From a virus (lineage: Duplodnaviria; Heunggongvirae; Uroviricota; Caudoviricetes): a stretch of DNA of 27,684 nt. Shown here piece after piece: positions 17,163 through 27,313 of this stretch (position 1 is the first letter of the stretch; each line of letters opens with the position of its first letter). The stretch is from IMG/VR virus record IMGVR_UViG_2562617057_000002, one strand, 5' to 3'. The notes beneath the pieces were generated by a model that was not told where the DNA came from, did no database searches, and was given only the letters and a program-made list of their open reading frames with translations. The translations under genes and the position numbers were made by a program.

Positions 17163-17630
17163 TCAAAAATCATTATTGAAATTGTAGTCCATGAGATACT
17201 CATTTTTACAGGAGGGACATTGAGTTTTCGTATATTTATCGCCTTCCTCGATAGGGAAAGGTTGCAATATAGATATTGCTCTCTTCGCAAAACATTCTGG
17301 ACAAAAATACATGGTAATCTTGCCAGAGCTAGTATTGCACTGTCTGGCATACACAATCGTTCCAGTAATCAATTGGCGAGGTTCGCAGTCTTCACTTTGG
17401 AACTTAAACTTTTCTATCTCCGTGAGTTTTGCTTTGAGCGCAGCCTCATTGCTTTTAGAGATTGTCAGCTCATCAATGAGAGACAAATATTCAAGCTGAA
17501 TGCTTGACAACTTAGAGTTTATTTCAGACACAGCGCGATCAACCTCAGCCTGAGTTTTTGCTTCATTGAATAATTTTAACATTGATGCAGTCTCTTTGAG
17601 AGCTGACATCGCTAATGATAGATCAAACAT
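17163..17630 (-). CDS. Hypothetical coiled-coil plus C-terminal zinc-ribbon protein (155 aa from the ATG)
   Basis: Opposite-strand gene in an AT-rich segment of the early-left operon; N-terminal ~85 aa heptad-like helix; C-terminus C-x16-C ... CPEC-x22-CPSC. Confidence 0.55.
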   Translation of the reverse strand: MFDLSLAMSALKETASMLKLFNEAKTQAEVDRAVSEINSKLSSIQLEYLSLIDELTISKSNEAALKAKLTEIEKFKFQSEDCEPRQLITGTIVYARQCNTSSGKITMYFCPECFAKRAISILQPFPIEEGDKYTKTQCPSCKNEYLMDYNFNNDF

Positions 17631-17960
17631 CACTTGCTCACTCTTCTTATTGTTGGGGTATTCAGATTATACAAATTTCTTGTTGTTGGGGAATAACAGG
17701 AACCACCTCGCCTGACGTGGTTAAAAGCAGGCACACAACACGAAAGCGCACGGCGAGGTAGCTGGTCATAGATAGCCTGTCGTTAAATTTTCGCCGACCG
17801 TGCGCTTCCGGTTGTGGCAATCCGCGAAATGGCGCGGCGGTAAGTATGGCGGGGTTTCTCCGTTCCTCGCAAATGTCCACCGGGTTGTCAGGTTGACCAT
17901 ACGATTAAGTGACAACCCGCCACAACATCTCCAGATTGAGTTGTTGGCGATGAAACTTTT

Positions 17961-17992
17961 GGCGGCATCAGTTTTGCTCTGCCGCCCTTTTT
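17961..17992 (+). terminator. Rho-independent terminator-like hairpin inside the long non-coding gap
   Basis: GGCGGCA-N12-TGCCGCC followed by CTTTTT. Confidence 0.4.
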
Positions 17993-18394
17993 AAAGTGAA
18001 TTTTGTGATGCGGTGAATGCGGCTGAGCGCACGCGGAACAGTTAAAACAGTAAGGAAAATCCCTTATTCCGGCGTTAATTGTTAACTGGTTAACGTCACC
18101 TGGAGGCACCAGGCACCGCATCAACAAAATTTATTTAATTAATTATGCGCGAATTAACCGTTATTCGTGCAGGGGATTTCCACACCTGAAATCCGCCGCT
18201 CTTTAACAATATGAACCGGGCTGTCACGTAAACCACAATTCGGGGTGCCGCCGAATGCCCTGATATATCCGCAGAACCGGAACGCAGGGTCGGGATGTGA
18301 CTTTTTGAACAAACCAAACTGGCGGCTTCCGCCACTTGCGAGAAAACTAAATTCAGACTAAATTATAACTCCCAATGAAAAAAGGAACACCCAT

Positions 18395-18628
18395 ATGAAA
18401 ATAGAAACTATCAGCTACATCAAGAAAAACGCAGCCTCACTGGACCTGGCGGAACCCATTCTTGTCACGCAGAATGGTGTTCCTGCATACGTAATTGAAT
18501 CCTATGAGCAGCAACAGGAACGCGAGAACGCTATTGCGTTACTGAAACTTCTCACTATTTCAGAAAACGACAAGTCTGAAGGTCGCGTGTTTTCAAAAGC
18601 ACAGTTGCTGGATAGCTTTAACAACTAA
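18395..18628 (+). CDS. Phd/YefM-family type II antitoxin
   Basis: 77 aa; AAGGA Shine-Dalgarno; Phd/YefM-like N-terminus; 8-nt gap to the toxin gene. Confidence 0.7.
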   Translation: MKIETISYIKKNAASLDLAEPILVTQNGVPAYVIESYEQQQERENAIALLKLLTISENDKSEGRVFSKAQLLDSFNN

Positions 18629-18636
18629 GGTTAACT

Positions 18637-18957
18637 ATGCAGGTTGAATACACACTTACCGCCAGAACAAGCCTTGAGCAAATTGCCGACCATCTCCGGA
18701 GTAACGACATTGACCCACGCCCTGTAATAGCAGAAATTCTTGAGCGATTTGAAACAAGAGTTACTGCATTCCCGTCCGGATGTCAGTTATGCCCGGAGTT
18801 GCTCAAGCTTGGCGTGGCTAAATACAGAGAGTGCAACACACCAGAAGGCTACAGAGTGCTGTACTCTGTCGAGGAGGATATTATCACTGCACACGTGATT
18901 CTTTCCCAACGTCAGGATATTAAACAGTTACTGTTCAGACGATTGATCAGAGTTTAG
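18637..18957 (+). CDS. ParE/RelE-superfamily type II toxin
   Basis: 106 aa; C-terminal GYRVLYSVEEDIITAHVILSQRQD matches the RelE/ParE fold signature; immediately downstream of the Phd-like gene. Confidence 0.7.
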   Translation: MQVEYTLTARTSLEQIADHLRSNDIDPRPVIAEILERFETRVTAFPSGCQLCPELLKLGVAKYRECNTPEGYRVLYSVEEDIITAHVILSQRQDIKQLLFRRLIRV

Positions 18958-19276
18958 CAATTACACATTTAGTAGCGCCCCTGTCCCCACCAGTTCAGGG
19001 GTTTTTGCTTTCTGATATCCGGGATATTGACAAAGCAACCTGCATTGTTGCAAGATGAACGCACTAGAAACAGTTAAGCGGTCATCCGCACCCGATAGCC
19101 TTGCGGCTTTTTTATGCCTGAAATACGGCACATCCGTACAAAGATCGGGTGGAGAGGCGTAATACAATACCCGTAAGGGGAATATGCCCGGAGCTTCTTA
19201 ACTGGCTCTAGTTGACACCCGATCACCAGCTACTAACTGGTAATCGCAGACTAAAACAGTTAAGGAGGCCACTAAA

Positions 19277-19831
19277 ATGGCTACTATCCCTGCCCTTTCT
19301 CACCCTGACGTAACCATCGAAAATGGTCGCGCTGTCACTACGTCTGTTGCTATTGCGGAGTTCTTCGGCAAACGCCACGAACGTGTGCTGGATAAAATTC
19401 GCAATTTAGACTGCTCATCAAATTTTAACGAACACAATTTTGTGTCGGTCACCTACACCGACACCAAAGGCGAAAAACGCCCAATGTACCAAATCACCAA
19501 AAACGGCTTCGTTTTCCTGGTGATGGGCTTCACTGGCAAAAAAGCCGCCGCATTCAAAGAAGCCTACATTGCTGAGTTCGACCGCATGGAGGCCGAACTG
19601 CGCCAGAATAATACCCTGCCCGCTGACAAAATTATCCCGGGAGATGGCCGTACTCTCGTTGTTCACTTCGACGAACACGGCAACATCAGATTCACCGAAA
19701 CCGTTCCTGACGGTGCAATGGTCTGTACCCTGGATACTTTCCAGTTTTATCTGGAAAAACAGGGGTGGGCTCTTGTAAACCGGAGCGCAATTAAAAATAT
19801 GACTGTGGAACAATTACTTTCTTTAAAATAA
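19277..19831 (+). CDS. rha: Rha-family phage regulatory protein
   Basis: 184 aa; AAGGAGG Shine-Dalgarno; N-terminal motif TTSVAIAEFFGKRHERVLDKIRNL typical of Rha N-domains. Confidence 0.7.
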   Translation: MATIPALSHPDVTIENGRAVTTSVAIAEFFGKRHERVLDKIRNLDCSSNFNEHNFVSVTYTDTKGEKRPMYQITKNGFVFLVMGFTGKKAAAFKEAYIAEFDRMEAELRQNNTLPADKIIPGDGRTLVVHFDEHGNIRFTETVPDGAMVCTLDTFQFYLEKQGWALVNRSAIKNMTVEQLLSLK

Positions 19832-19847
19832 AAATGGAGCTACGGAT

Positions 19848-20129
19848 ATGAACCCTATGCTTGATTATTGTTTTACCTCTGCACCTCAGCAGACCATAAC
19901 ACACACCGGAATCAAAAAATTGTTATGGATAATCAAAAAAACCCTCCAGCAGAAAGGTGATCCCGATTTAATTCCCTGTGCTTATGGCCTGTGTGACAGA
20001 CAAGTAAGCCCTGATAAGGCTTACACTGCTGAACTTATTTACATGCACGGAACCATGATGAGGAAAAAGAAACGCAAATATTGTAGTGAAATCTGTGCCG
20101 AAAAAGACCAGATGGCACACGAACTTTAA
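19848..20129 (+). CDS. Hypothetical Cys-containing small protein (93 aa)
   Basis: ORF with GGAG Shine-Dalgarno; scattered Cys (C..C, CSEIC); no family recognised. Confidence 0.4.
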   Translation: MNPMLDYCFTSAPQQTITHTGIKKLLWIIKKTLQQKGDPDLIPCAYGLCDRQVSPDKAYTAELIYMHGTMMRKKKRKYCSEICAEKDQMAHEL

Positions 20130-20203
20130 TTAACTGAATATTCGAAACTGAATTTATGCCAGCAATGGCAGGGATTCACTCAACCTTAAAAAAGGAAACA
20201 GCA

Positions 20204-20500
20204 ATGAGTATTATTGAATGTGAAATTGAACTTGATGTTATTAACGATTCTCTCGCCGAATTTAAATGTGGGAATACATTACATAGTTTCATTCAGATTT
20301 CCCAAAAAGAAAACGTCACGGTAATTATTGATGGCTGTTACGTTCTGAGAACATTTGATTGTTGTGTATGTGCCATTAAAGAAATTGCATTACTCACAGC
20401 TCGCATTGAAGAGGCTGACAAGAAATACGGTATCAGTTATCAACGACTGAAAGAACTCTCTCATATCGCATCATCAGTTCGTTTCTTTTATGCAATCTGA
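20204..20500 (+). CDS. Hypothetical protein (98 aa from MSIIECEI; the track's longer frame starts at 20156)
   Basis: AAGGA Shine-Dalgarno before the ATG at 20204; none before 20156. Confidence 0.4.
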   Translation: MSIIECEIELDVINDSLAEFKCGNTLHSFIQISQKENVTVIIDGCYVLRTFDCCVCAIKEIALLTARIEEADKKYGISYQRLKELSHIASSVRFFYAI

Positions 20501-20603
20501 ATATGAGTTGAGGTTAAAAAACAATGAGCACCGATAAACAAGTTTACCCACTGTATTACGAAGCAAAAAATGACAAAGTAAGAAAACGCCTCGGTATTAA
20601 AGG

Positions 20604-22029
20604 TAATGCCAGTCAGTTAAGCAACTGACTGGCTCTTTTTCGGGGCTGTGGGGTATTTCCAGGGCCTCTCCTTTACCACTCTCGGGAAGGCCCTTTCCCT
20701 TCTCGTCGGTAATTTCACAAGTTGTCCCATACTTGCAAGATCGCGCATCAGCTCCGGTATACGTCCCGGTGAAGCGCCCTGCAATGTCATCAGCATTCTC
20801 ATCACCATTCCGCATGATTCTGAGAAACTCAGTTGATTCGGCCAGTAACCTTTCAGATGTTCCGCCATTTTAATCATCTGATATCTCACCAGATTATAAG
20901 CCAGTAAGACACCCCACAGCTCTTGCTCCACAAGCTCCGGCTTTTTACTTCTCAGCGTCAGCCTGCTCAGTTGCATCGTCTGTTTTATCTCCCTGTATCC
21001 CAGTTCGATTTCCCAGCGATGACTGTACAGATCCGCCATTTCTCCTCCGGGGAAGCGCATGGCGTCCGTCATCGACGTCAGCAGATGGCAGACTTTTCCT
21101 TTGCGCGTCACGGTCAGCAGGCGGGCTGTCACTTCATTTCCCAGTCCCGGCCACTTTTTTCGTGCCTGCGGGCTGGTTTTCAGCTTCACCAGATGATCGC
21201 CTTTACCCAGTTTTCTGAGCTCTTCATATTGCGCTCCCTTTCTGAGAGGTATCATCCAGTGGCGGTGTTCTCCCGCCAGGCTCCAGGCATTTAACAGTCC
21301 CAGTGAGTAATAACCTTTATCCATTAACGTCAGAGTGTTATCGCCGGTTTGTTCTATAAGTTGCTCAGCAAGCTCATTTTCGCTGTTCTTCATCGTGCCG
21401 AAGGCTGCAGCCGTCAGCAGATGGCTGGTCAGTTCCATCTGGCAGACCATTTTGACCTGCGGGTAGAGCGCCGGGTTCCCGGCATGTGTCTGGCGGGGGA
21501 AGGCTGCATCGTTCTCTGGTGTATCCGGTGTGCGCCAGAACACACCATCGATGGCCAGCAGGGTCAGGCCGCACCAGTGCGGATGCGGCGTGGCGTTATG
21601 CCAGAGCTGCGCTGTTTTCGTGAACACGCGGCGGACAGCCTCACTTCCCAGGCGCTGGCGGGCCTGAATAACGGCACTGGGGGCAACGAAGGGGCGATTG
21701 CCCGGCAGCATGATGTCCAGGCGATTCACAATCTGGTGAAGAGGTTCTTTACGCTCAAGCGCCATGCCAACAATACACCAGACCATCATTTCGAGGGGAA
21801 GACGGCGCTTGCGTAGCGTTACAGTACCTGATTCGGCAAGGCAACGAGAGATGAGTTCGGGGTCGAGGTAATCCCCCAGAGAAGTCAGTGGGTTACGCAG
21901 AGAATCGTAACGGGATACCAGATCAAGAGCCTGTCCAATGTGCATAAAAAAATCCGGAAACAAGTGAGCGTTTCCGGATTCTTACACAGCCACTGGATCG
22001 GTCAACTGATCCTTAACTGATCGGCATTA
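20604..22029 (-). mobile_element. IS4 (1426 bp) with terminal inverted repeats and a 12-14 bp target-site duplication
   Basis: Ends TAATGCCAGTCAGTTAAG / reverse complement TAATGCCGATCAGTTAAG; direct repeat CTCGGTATTAAAGG at 20590-20603 and 22030-22043. Confidence 0.85.
20617..21945 (-). CDS. insG: IS4 transposase (DDE; InsG-like, 442 aa from MHIGQALDL)
   Basis: Sequence matches E. coli IS4 transposase as recalled; the track frame extends 6 codons further upstream (to 21963). Confidence 0.9.
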   Translation of the reverse strand: MHIGQALDLVSRYDSLRNPLTSLGDYLDPELISRCLAESGTVTLRKRRLPLEMMVWCIVGMALERKEPLHQIVNRLDIMLPGNRPFVAPSAVIQARQRLGSEAVRRVFTKTAQLWHNATPHPHWCGLTLLAIDGVFWRTPDTPENDAAFPRQTHAGNPALYPQVKMVCQMELTSHLLTAAAFGTMKNSENELAEQLIEQTGDNTLTLMDKGYYSLGLLNAWSLAGEHRHWMIPLRKGAQYEELRKLGKGDHLVKLKTSPQARKKWPGLGNEVTARLLTVTRKGKVCHLLTSMTDAMRFPGGEMADLYSHRWEIELGYREIKQTMQLSRLTLRSKKPELVEQELWGVLLAYNLVRYQMIKMAEHLKGYWPNQLSFSESCGMVMRMLMTLQGASPGRIPELMRDLASMGQLVKLPTRRERAFPRVVKERPWKYPTAPKKSQSVA

Positions 22030-23881
22030 CTCGGTATTAAAGGCGGTTTTTACTGGGCTGAAGCGAAAAAATTATCCATTGCCATCTCCCGTGGTGCTGT
22101 TGCGATTGACGATGCAGGCTACGATGAAGATGACTTTAAAAAACCTGTTCACGTCAATTTGCCCGTTGTTGATGACCTCCCGCCAGAAGGCGTGTTTGAT
22201 ACGGAATTCTGCAACCGTTACGAAAAAGGCGGGGAAGATGGCATCACAATGGTATTTATCGCATCTTCTCCCTCTGTTCAGGACAAACCAGCCAGCACTG
22301 ACAATACCAACGTCAACGGCGAAGACATGACAGAAATTGAGGAGAACATGCTCCTGCCAGTTTCCGGTCAGGAACTGCCCATTCGCTGGCTTGCTCAACA
22401 CGGCAGCGAAAAACCGGTAACGCACGTTTCACGCGACGGACTCCAGGCATTACACATTGCTCGGGCTGAAGAACTACCGGCTGTTACTGCCCTGGCTGTT
22501 TCCCACAAAACCAGCCTGCTCGACCCGCTGGAAATTCGCGATCTCCACAAACTGGTTCGTGACACTGACAAAGTTTTCCCTAATCCTGGTAATTCAAGCC
22601 TGGGACTGATAACTGCTTTTTTCGAAGCATACCTGAACGCTGACTACACCGATCGAGGACTGCTGACAAAAGAGTGGATGAAGGGTAATCGTGTTTCACA
22701 CATCACTCGCACGGCTTCCGGTGCTAATGCTGGCGGCGGAAACCTCACCGATCGCGGCGAAGGTTTCGTACACGATCTGACGTCACTGGCGCGCGACGTA
22801 GCCACTGGCGTACTGGCCCGTTCAATGGATCTGGACATCTATAACCTTCATCCGGCACACGCTAAACGCATTGAGGAAATTATCGCTGAAAATAAACCGC
22901 CCTTTTCTGTTTTCCGCGACAAATTCATCACCATGCCTGGCGGGCTGGATTATTCCCGCGCCATCGTGGTTGCGTCCGTAAAAGAAGCACCAATTGGGAT
23001 CGAGGTCATCCCCGCGCACGTCACTGAATATCTGAACAAGGTACTGACTGAAACCGATCATGCCAACCCTGATCCGGAAATCGTGGATATTGCCTGCGGT
23101 CGCTCCTCTGCCCCGATGCCGCAGCGTGTAACAGAAGAAGGAAAACAGGATGATGAAGAAAAACCGCAACCATCTTGCGCAATGGCAGATGAACAGGCAA
23201 CGGCTGAAACAGTGGAACCGGATGCAACTGAACATCATCAGGACACGCAGCCGCTGGATGCTCAGTCACAGGTAAATGCTGTTGATGCGAAATATCAGGA
23301 ACTGCGGGCAGAACTCCATGAAGCCCGGAAAAACATTCCGCCCAAAAATCCTGTCGATGCAGACAAATTACTGGCTGCCTCTCGCGGAGAATTTGTTGAA
23401 GGGATTAGCGACCCGAATGATTCGAAATGGATTCCCGGTCATCATATCTCCTCAAATGAAGTCAAAAAAACGGAAAATGAAGTGCGACAGACCGAAGATA
23501 AACAGCACCAGAACAGCGAACCGGAGGAGGGAACACCCTGCAATCAGACTGGCGAGGATAACTGCCCTGACTGTGGCGCGGTGATGGGAGACGCAACTTA
23601 TCAGGAAACTTTTGACGAAAAAAAACCAGATGAAGCACAGGAAGAAGAGCCGAAGAAAACGGAAAAAGCTGATGATTTGTTACCGGAGAACGCTGGCAGC
23701 GATCAGCATAATGATAGCAATAATGAAACTGGCGAAGATGAACTCAACTGGAAAAGACAGGTGTTGATTGCGGCGGTTTACGGTTTATGTGCGAATCCTG
23801 CGTGCATAGCCTATGCGCCTGCAATCCCTGACATCGCAATGATGATTGCCAACAAGCTTGAAAATTTTGGAGTGACCAGTG

Positions 23882-24178
23882 ATGAGCGCTTACCCGATTT
23901 TTGATCGTATTGAAGAAATGGCATGGGCTCGTCACTACCAGCAGATCGTTCGTGAAGAAAAAGAAACGGAACTGGCGGACGACCTGGAAAAAGGTCTGCC
24001 TCAGCACCTGTTTGAATCGCTCTGCATCGACCATTTGCAACGCCACGGTGCCAATAAACAGGCAATCAGCCACGCATTTGATGATGATGTTGAGTTTCAG
24101 GAGCGCATGGCAGAACACATCCGGTACATGGCTGAAACCATTGCCCACCACCAGGTTGATATTGATTTGGAGGACTAA
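23882..24178 (+). CDS. RacC-like small protein (98 aa)
   Basis: WARHYQ..VREE ... [40 protein letters not shown] resembles Rac RacC as recalled; GGAGTGA Shine-Dalgarno; overlaps the 3' end of the RecE-like gene. Confidence 0.5.
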   Translation: MSAYPIFDRIEEMAWARHYQQIVREEKETELADDLEKGLPQHLFESLCIDHLQRHGANKQAISHAFDDDVEFQERMAEHIRYMAETIAHHQVDIDLED

Positions 24179-24183
24179 AATCT

Positions 24184-25281
24184 ATGGCGCTTTTTCAACG
24201 AGCAATAAACACACAGGCCTATCTAAAAGCAGGAATTATGGGGTTTGCTGGCGACGGCAAAACCTACACAGCAAGCGAACTGGCTATTGGTCTGGTAATG
24301 CTTATGCGGCAACGGGGAATTGAAGCTGGTAACCGCCCGGTAATGTTTCTGGACACAGAAACAGGCTCTGACTGGGTTAAACCCCGCTTTGATGCGGAAA
24401 ATATCGAATTATTTACGGCAAAAACCCGCTCGTTTGTTGATCTGCTTGAAGCCATTAATGAAGCGGAAAGCAGCGGTTCCGTAATGATCATCGACTCCAT
24501 CAGTCACTTCTGGACCGGATTATGCGACGAGTATGCCAGACGCCGAAACCGTAAACGAGGACTGGAATTTTCAGACTGGGCGTGGCTCAAACAGGAGTGG
24601 CGACGCTTTACCGATCGATTTGTTAACAGTCAGGCGCACATTATTATGTGCGGGCGTGCAGGATATGAGTATGACTTTTTCGAAGGTGATGATGGCAAAC
24701 GCCAGTTGGCAAAAACCGGTATAAAAATGAAAGCAGAAACAGAAACCGGTTATGAACCCTCCATCCTGATCCAGATGGAGAAGCAAATGAACATAGAAAC
24801 CGGTCAGGTGTGGCGCACCGCCAGAATACTAAAAGATCGCTCCACCCGTATTGATGGACAGGTATTTTCAAACCCAACATTTAAAAACTTTCTTCCTCAT
24901 ATCGAGTTTCTTAACCTGGGAGGTGAACACCTCGGCATCGATACCTCACGGGATAACAGTGAATTATTTGCCAACGACGGTACACCGACATGGCTAAAAG
25001 AAAAGCGTGCAAAAGAAATCGCACTTGATGAAATTATCGAGTTGCTCAACAAACACCATGGGGGCACCAGTAACGACGCCAAACGCGCAAAAGCTGATTT
25101 GCTGGAAAAAACATTCACCTCCCGCTCATGGGAAAGAATCAAAGGTATGGACTGGCCGACAATCAAAGCTGGTCGTAATGCACTATGGATTGAACTGGAA
25201 GGCGTTGAATATGCATTCCCGGATCCACAAACACAAAACGAAACGCAACAAGCAGGATACGATGAGAATATTCCGGTGTAA
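24184..25281 (+). CDS. P-loop NTPase, RecA-like/AAA_24 (Sak4-like) candidate recombination ATPase
   Basis: 365 aa; Walker A GFAGDGKT, Walker B-like VMIIDSISHFW; sits where lambdoid phages carry their recombination module. Confidence 0.55.
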   Translation: MALFQRAINTQAYLKAGIMGFAGDGKTYTASELAIGLVMLMRQRGIEAGNRPVMFLDTETGSDWVKPRFDAENIELFTAKTRSFVDLLEAINEAESSGSVMIIDSISHFWTGLCDEYARRRNRKRGLEFSDWAWLKQEWRRFTDRFVNSQAHIIMCGRAGYEYDFFEGDDGKRQLAKTGIKMKAETETGYEPSILIQMEKQMNIETGQVWRTARILKDRSTRIDGQVFSNPTFKNFLPHIEFLNLGGEHLGIDTSRDNSELFANDGTPTWLKEKRAKEIALDEIIELLNKHHGGTSNDAKRAKADLLEKTFTSRSWERIKGMDWPTIKAGRNALWIELEGVEYAFPDPQTQNETQQAGYDENIPV

Positions 25282-25331
25282 AACCAAGTGCATTTTGGAC
25301 ACGGTTTTTGAAAATATTAATGGAGGTGTTC

Positions 25332-25520
25332 ATGTATAAAATTACAGCCACTATTGAAAAGGAAGGTGGTTCTCCTGCCAGCTGGACAAGATACTCAAAG
25401 ACAAAACTAACGAAATCAGAATGCGAAAAAATGCTCTCAGGGGAAAAAGAAGCAGGCGCTTCCAGAGAGCAGAAAGTAAAACTGATAAATTTTAATTGCG
25501 AGAAACTTCAGTCCTCGTGA
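25332..25520 (+). CDS. Hypothetical small protein (62 aa from MYKITATIEKEGG)
   Basis: TGGAGGTG Shine-Dalgarno before the ATG at 25332. Confidence 0.45.
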   Translation: MYKITATIEKEGGSPASWTRYSKTKLTKSECEKMLSGEKEAGASREQKVKLINFNCEKLQSS

Positions 25521-25626
25521 ATTTCATTATATCCAGATTAGAACTTCATAGCTGATTATTAAAAATCAACCACACCCGCCAGTATTCTGTATATTTACTG
25601 GCGGTCATATCGTGAGAGGTATGGCA

Positions 25627-25908
25627 ATGAATCTTGTGACACTCAAAACGTGGGGAAAACTCAGATATCCGGATAACCCACCATCAATATCAACGCTGAG
25701 ACGATGGGCAAGGAATGGAAACATTTATCCTGCACCTGAACTACACGGGAGGAGTTACAGGGTGGTTCCGGAGGCTTTCTATATCAACCCAAATAAGGTT
25801 GATACCGATATAACACACCATCAGCCTAATGGGCGACAAGGGAGAGACAGTCCGTTAATGGAGAAGTTAAAACATGCAGCGGAAAAAATACGATCCCAAT
25901 TTGCCTAG
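25627..25908 (+). CDS. xis: Excisionase (Xis-like DNA-binding protein)
   Basis: Motif TLRRWARNGNIYPAPELHGRSYRV resembles lambda-type Xis; overlaps the integrase start; start codon uncertain (25612/25621/25627). Confidence 0.65.
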   Translation: MNLVTLKTWGKLRYPDNPPSISTLRRWARNGNIYPAPELHGRSYRVVPEAFYINPNKVDTDITHHQPNGRQGRDSPLMEKLKHAAEKIRSQFA

Positions 25909-26950
25909 AAACTTAACATATCGAAGGAGAGACAAAGCATATTACTGGCGCAACCCTCTGACGAAAGAAGAATTTACACTAGGTAAAATTTCAAGAAGAG
26001 ATGCAGTAACGCAGGCAATTGAAGCAAATCATTATATATACAAAAACTACTCTCCCGCTGCCTTAATTGAAAAACTTAAAGGGTTCGACTCATTTACTAT
26101 GGCAGACTGGATTGAACGTTACAAAACGATTCTTATAAGGAGAAAAGTGTCCAGAAATACTTATAAAATTCGGGCAAATCAACTGGAGACAATAAAAGAA
26201 AAATTGGGAGAGATTTTACTGACAGAAATAACCACTCGCCATATTGCCGAGTTTCTTGATTTGTGGATTGAAGGAGGGAAAAACACAATGGCAGGATCAA
26301 TGCGTTCTGTGTTGTCTGATATGTTTCGCGAGGCCATTGTTGAAGGACGTATATCTCAAAATCCAGTCACGCCAACAAGAGCACCGAAAATAGTAGTTAC
26401 AAGAGAACGACTGAAACTAAAGACATACAACTGCATCAGGGAGGCAGCAGATCAACTTCCGGCATGGTTCCCATTAGCTATGGATTTAGCCCTTGTAACA
26501 GGACAACGTCGCGAAGACATAACGAATATGCGGTTCAGTGATATTTATGATGATCGTCTCCACGTCAGGCAAATTAAGACAGGAATGATGATTGCTATCC
26601 CCCTGTCACTCAGCCTTCCTGTCGCTGGTCTACGGCTTGGTACAGTAGTTGAACGATGCCGCCTGGTAAGCCGGGGAGATTATCTAATCAGTGCCGGGAT
26701 TAGAAAAAACAGCCCTGACGGCAGCATTCACCCGGATGGCCTGACAAAAAAATTTGTCGCAGCCAGAAAATTCACAGGTATCCAGTTCAGTGAAAACCCA
26801 CCAACTTTTCACGAGATCAGAAGCCTGGCTGGACGATTGTACAAAGAAACATGTGGAGAAGAATTTGCTCAGCGTCTACTTGGCCACACATCGGAGAAGA
26901 CAACAAAAATGTATCTTGATGAGAGAGAAAAAACGTACTTACTGCTCTGA
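25874..26950 (+). CDS. int: Tyrosine site-specific integrase (lambda Int family)
   Basis: 358 aa; N-terminal arm-binding-like region, core and catalytic-domain motifs (R...HEIRS...[13 protein letters not shown]) with a C-terminal Tyr. Confidence 0.85.
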
Positions 26951-26995
26951 TTTTAACGTAAATGGATTGTTAAATGTATTTTGGTTGTGATATAA

Positions 26996-27120
26996 CCAAA
27001 AAGACCGGAATACAGAAATTCGAGTAAATTTCGGGGAATTTCGGGGGAGACATTTGCAACTAATTGATTTCAAATGCAATTAAAAAAAGACCGAATACGA
27101 TTCCTGTATTCGGTCCAGGG
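26996..27120. repeat. att-arm-like repeat region downstream of int
   Basis: Direct repeats AAAAAGACCG(G)AATAC at 26999 and 27085; tandem ATTTCGGGG x2 at ~27029-27048; perfect 10-bp hairpin GACCGAATAC/GTATTCGGTC (27089-27115) with an adjacent A7 run. Confidence 0.4.
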
Positions 27121-27270
27121 AAATGGCTCTTGGGAGAGAGCCGTGCGCTAAAAGTTGGCATTAATGCAGGCTTAGTTGCCTTGCCCTTTAAGAATAGATG
27201 ACGACGCCAGGTTTTCCAGTTTGCGTGCAAAATGGTCAATAAAAAGCGTGGTGGTCATCAGCTGAAATGT

Positions 27271-27313
27271 TAAAAACCGCCCGTTCTGGTGAAAGAACTG
27301 AGGCGGTTTTTTT
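27271..27313. terminator. Bidirectional rho-independent terminator between the prophage end and the convergent secreted-protein gene
   Basis: AAAAACCGCC...GGCGGTTTTTTT with an inner GTTCT/AGAAC stem; A-run upstream and T-run downstream. Confidence 0.6.

Larger units (their letters stand above)
20524..23904 (+). pseudogene. RecE (exonuclease VIII) N-terminal-region homologue lacking the C-terminal nuclease domain, split by an IS4 insertion after codon 27
   Basis: Reading frame is continuous across the IS4 target duplication (...KRLGIKG | GFYWAEAKK...); downstream part ([19 protein letters not shown]...[17 protein letters not shown]) matches Rac RecE N-terminal region as recalled; ends in an unrelated ~55-aa tail. 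Confidence 0.6.

Noticed and set aside
17662-18335. Three minus-strand and one plus-strand ORF (64-79 aa) in the 750-bp gap
   Set aside because: No ribosome-binding sites and Arg/Cys/Pro-rich low-complexity translations; treated as non-coding, possibly RNA.
22072-24151. Minus-strand ORFs (82-138 aa) opposite the RecE-like gene
   Set aside because: Antisense shadow frames within a long, well-supported sense ORF.
25578-25605. Possible LexA (SOS) box upstream of xis
   Set aside because: The inverted repeat is CCAGTA-N11-TACTGG, not the CTGT-N8-ACAG consensus; kept only as an unexplained palindrome.
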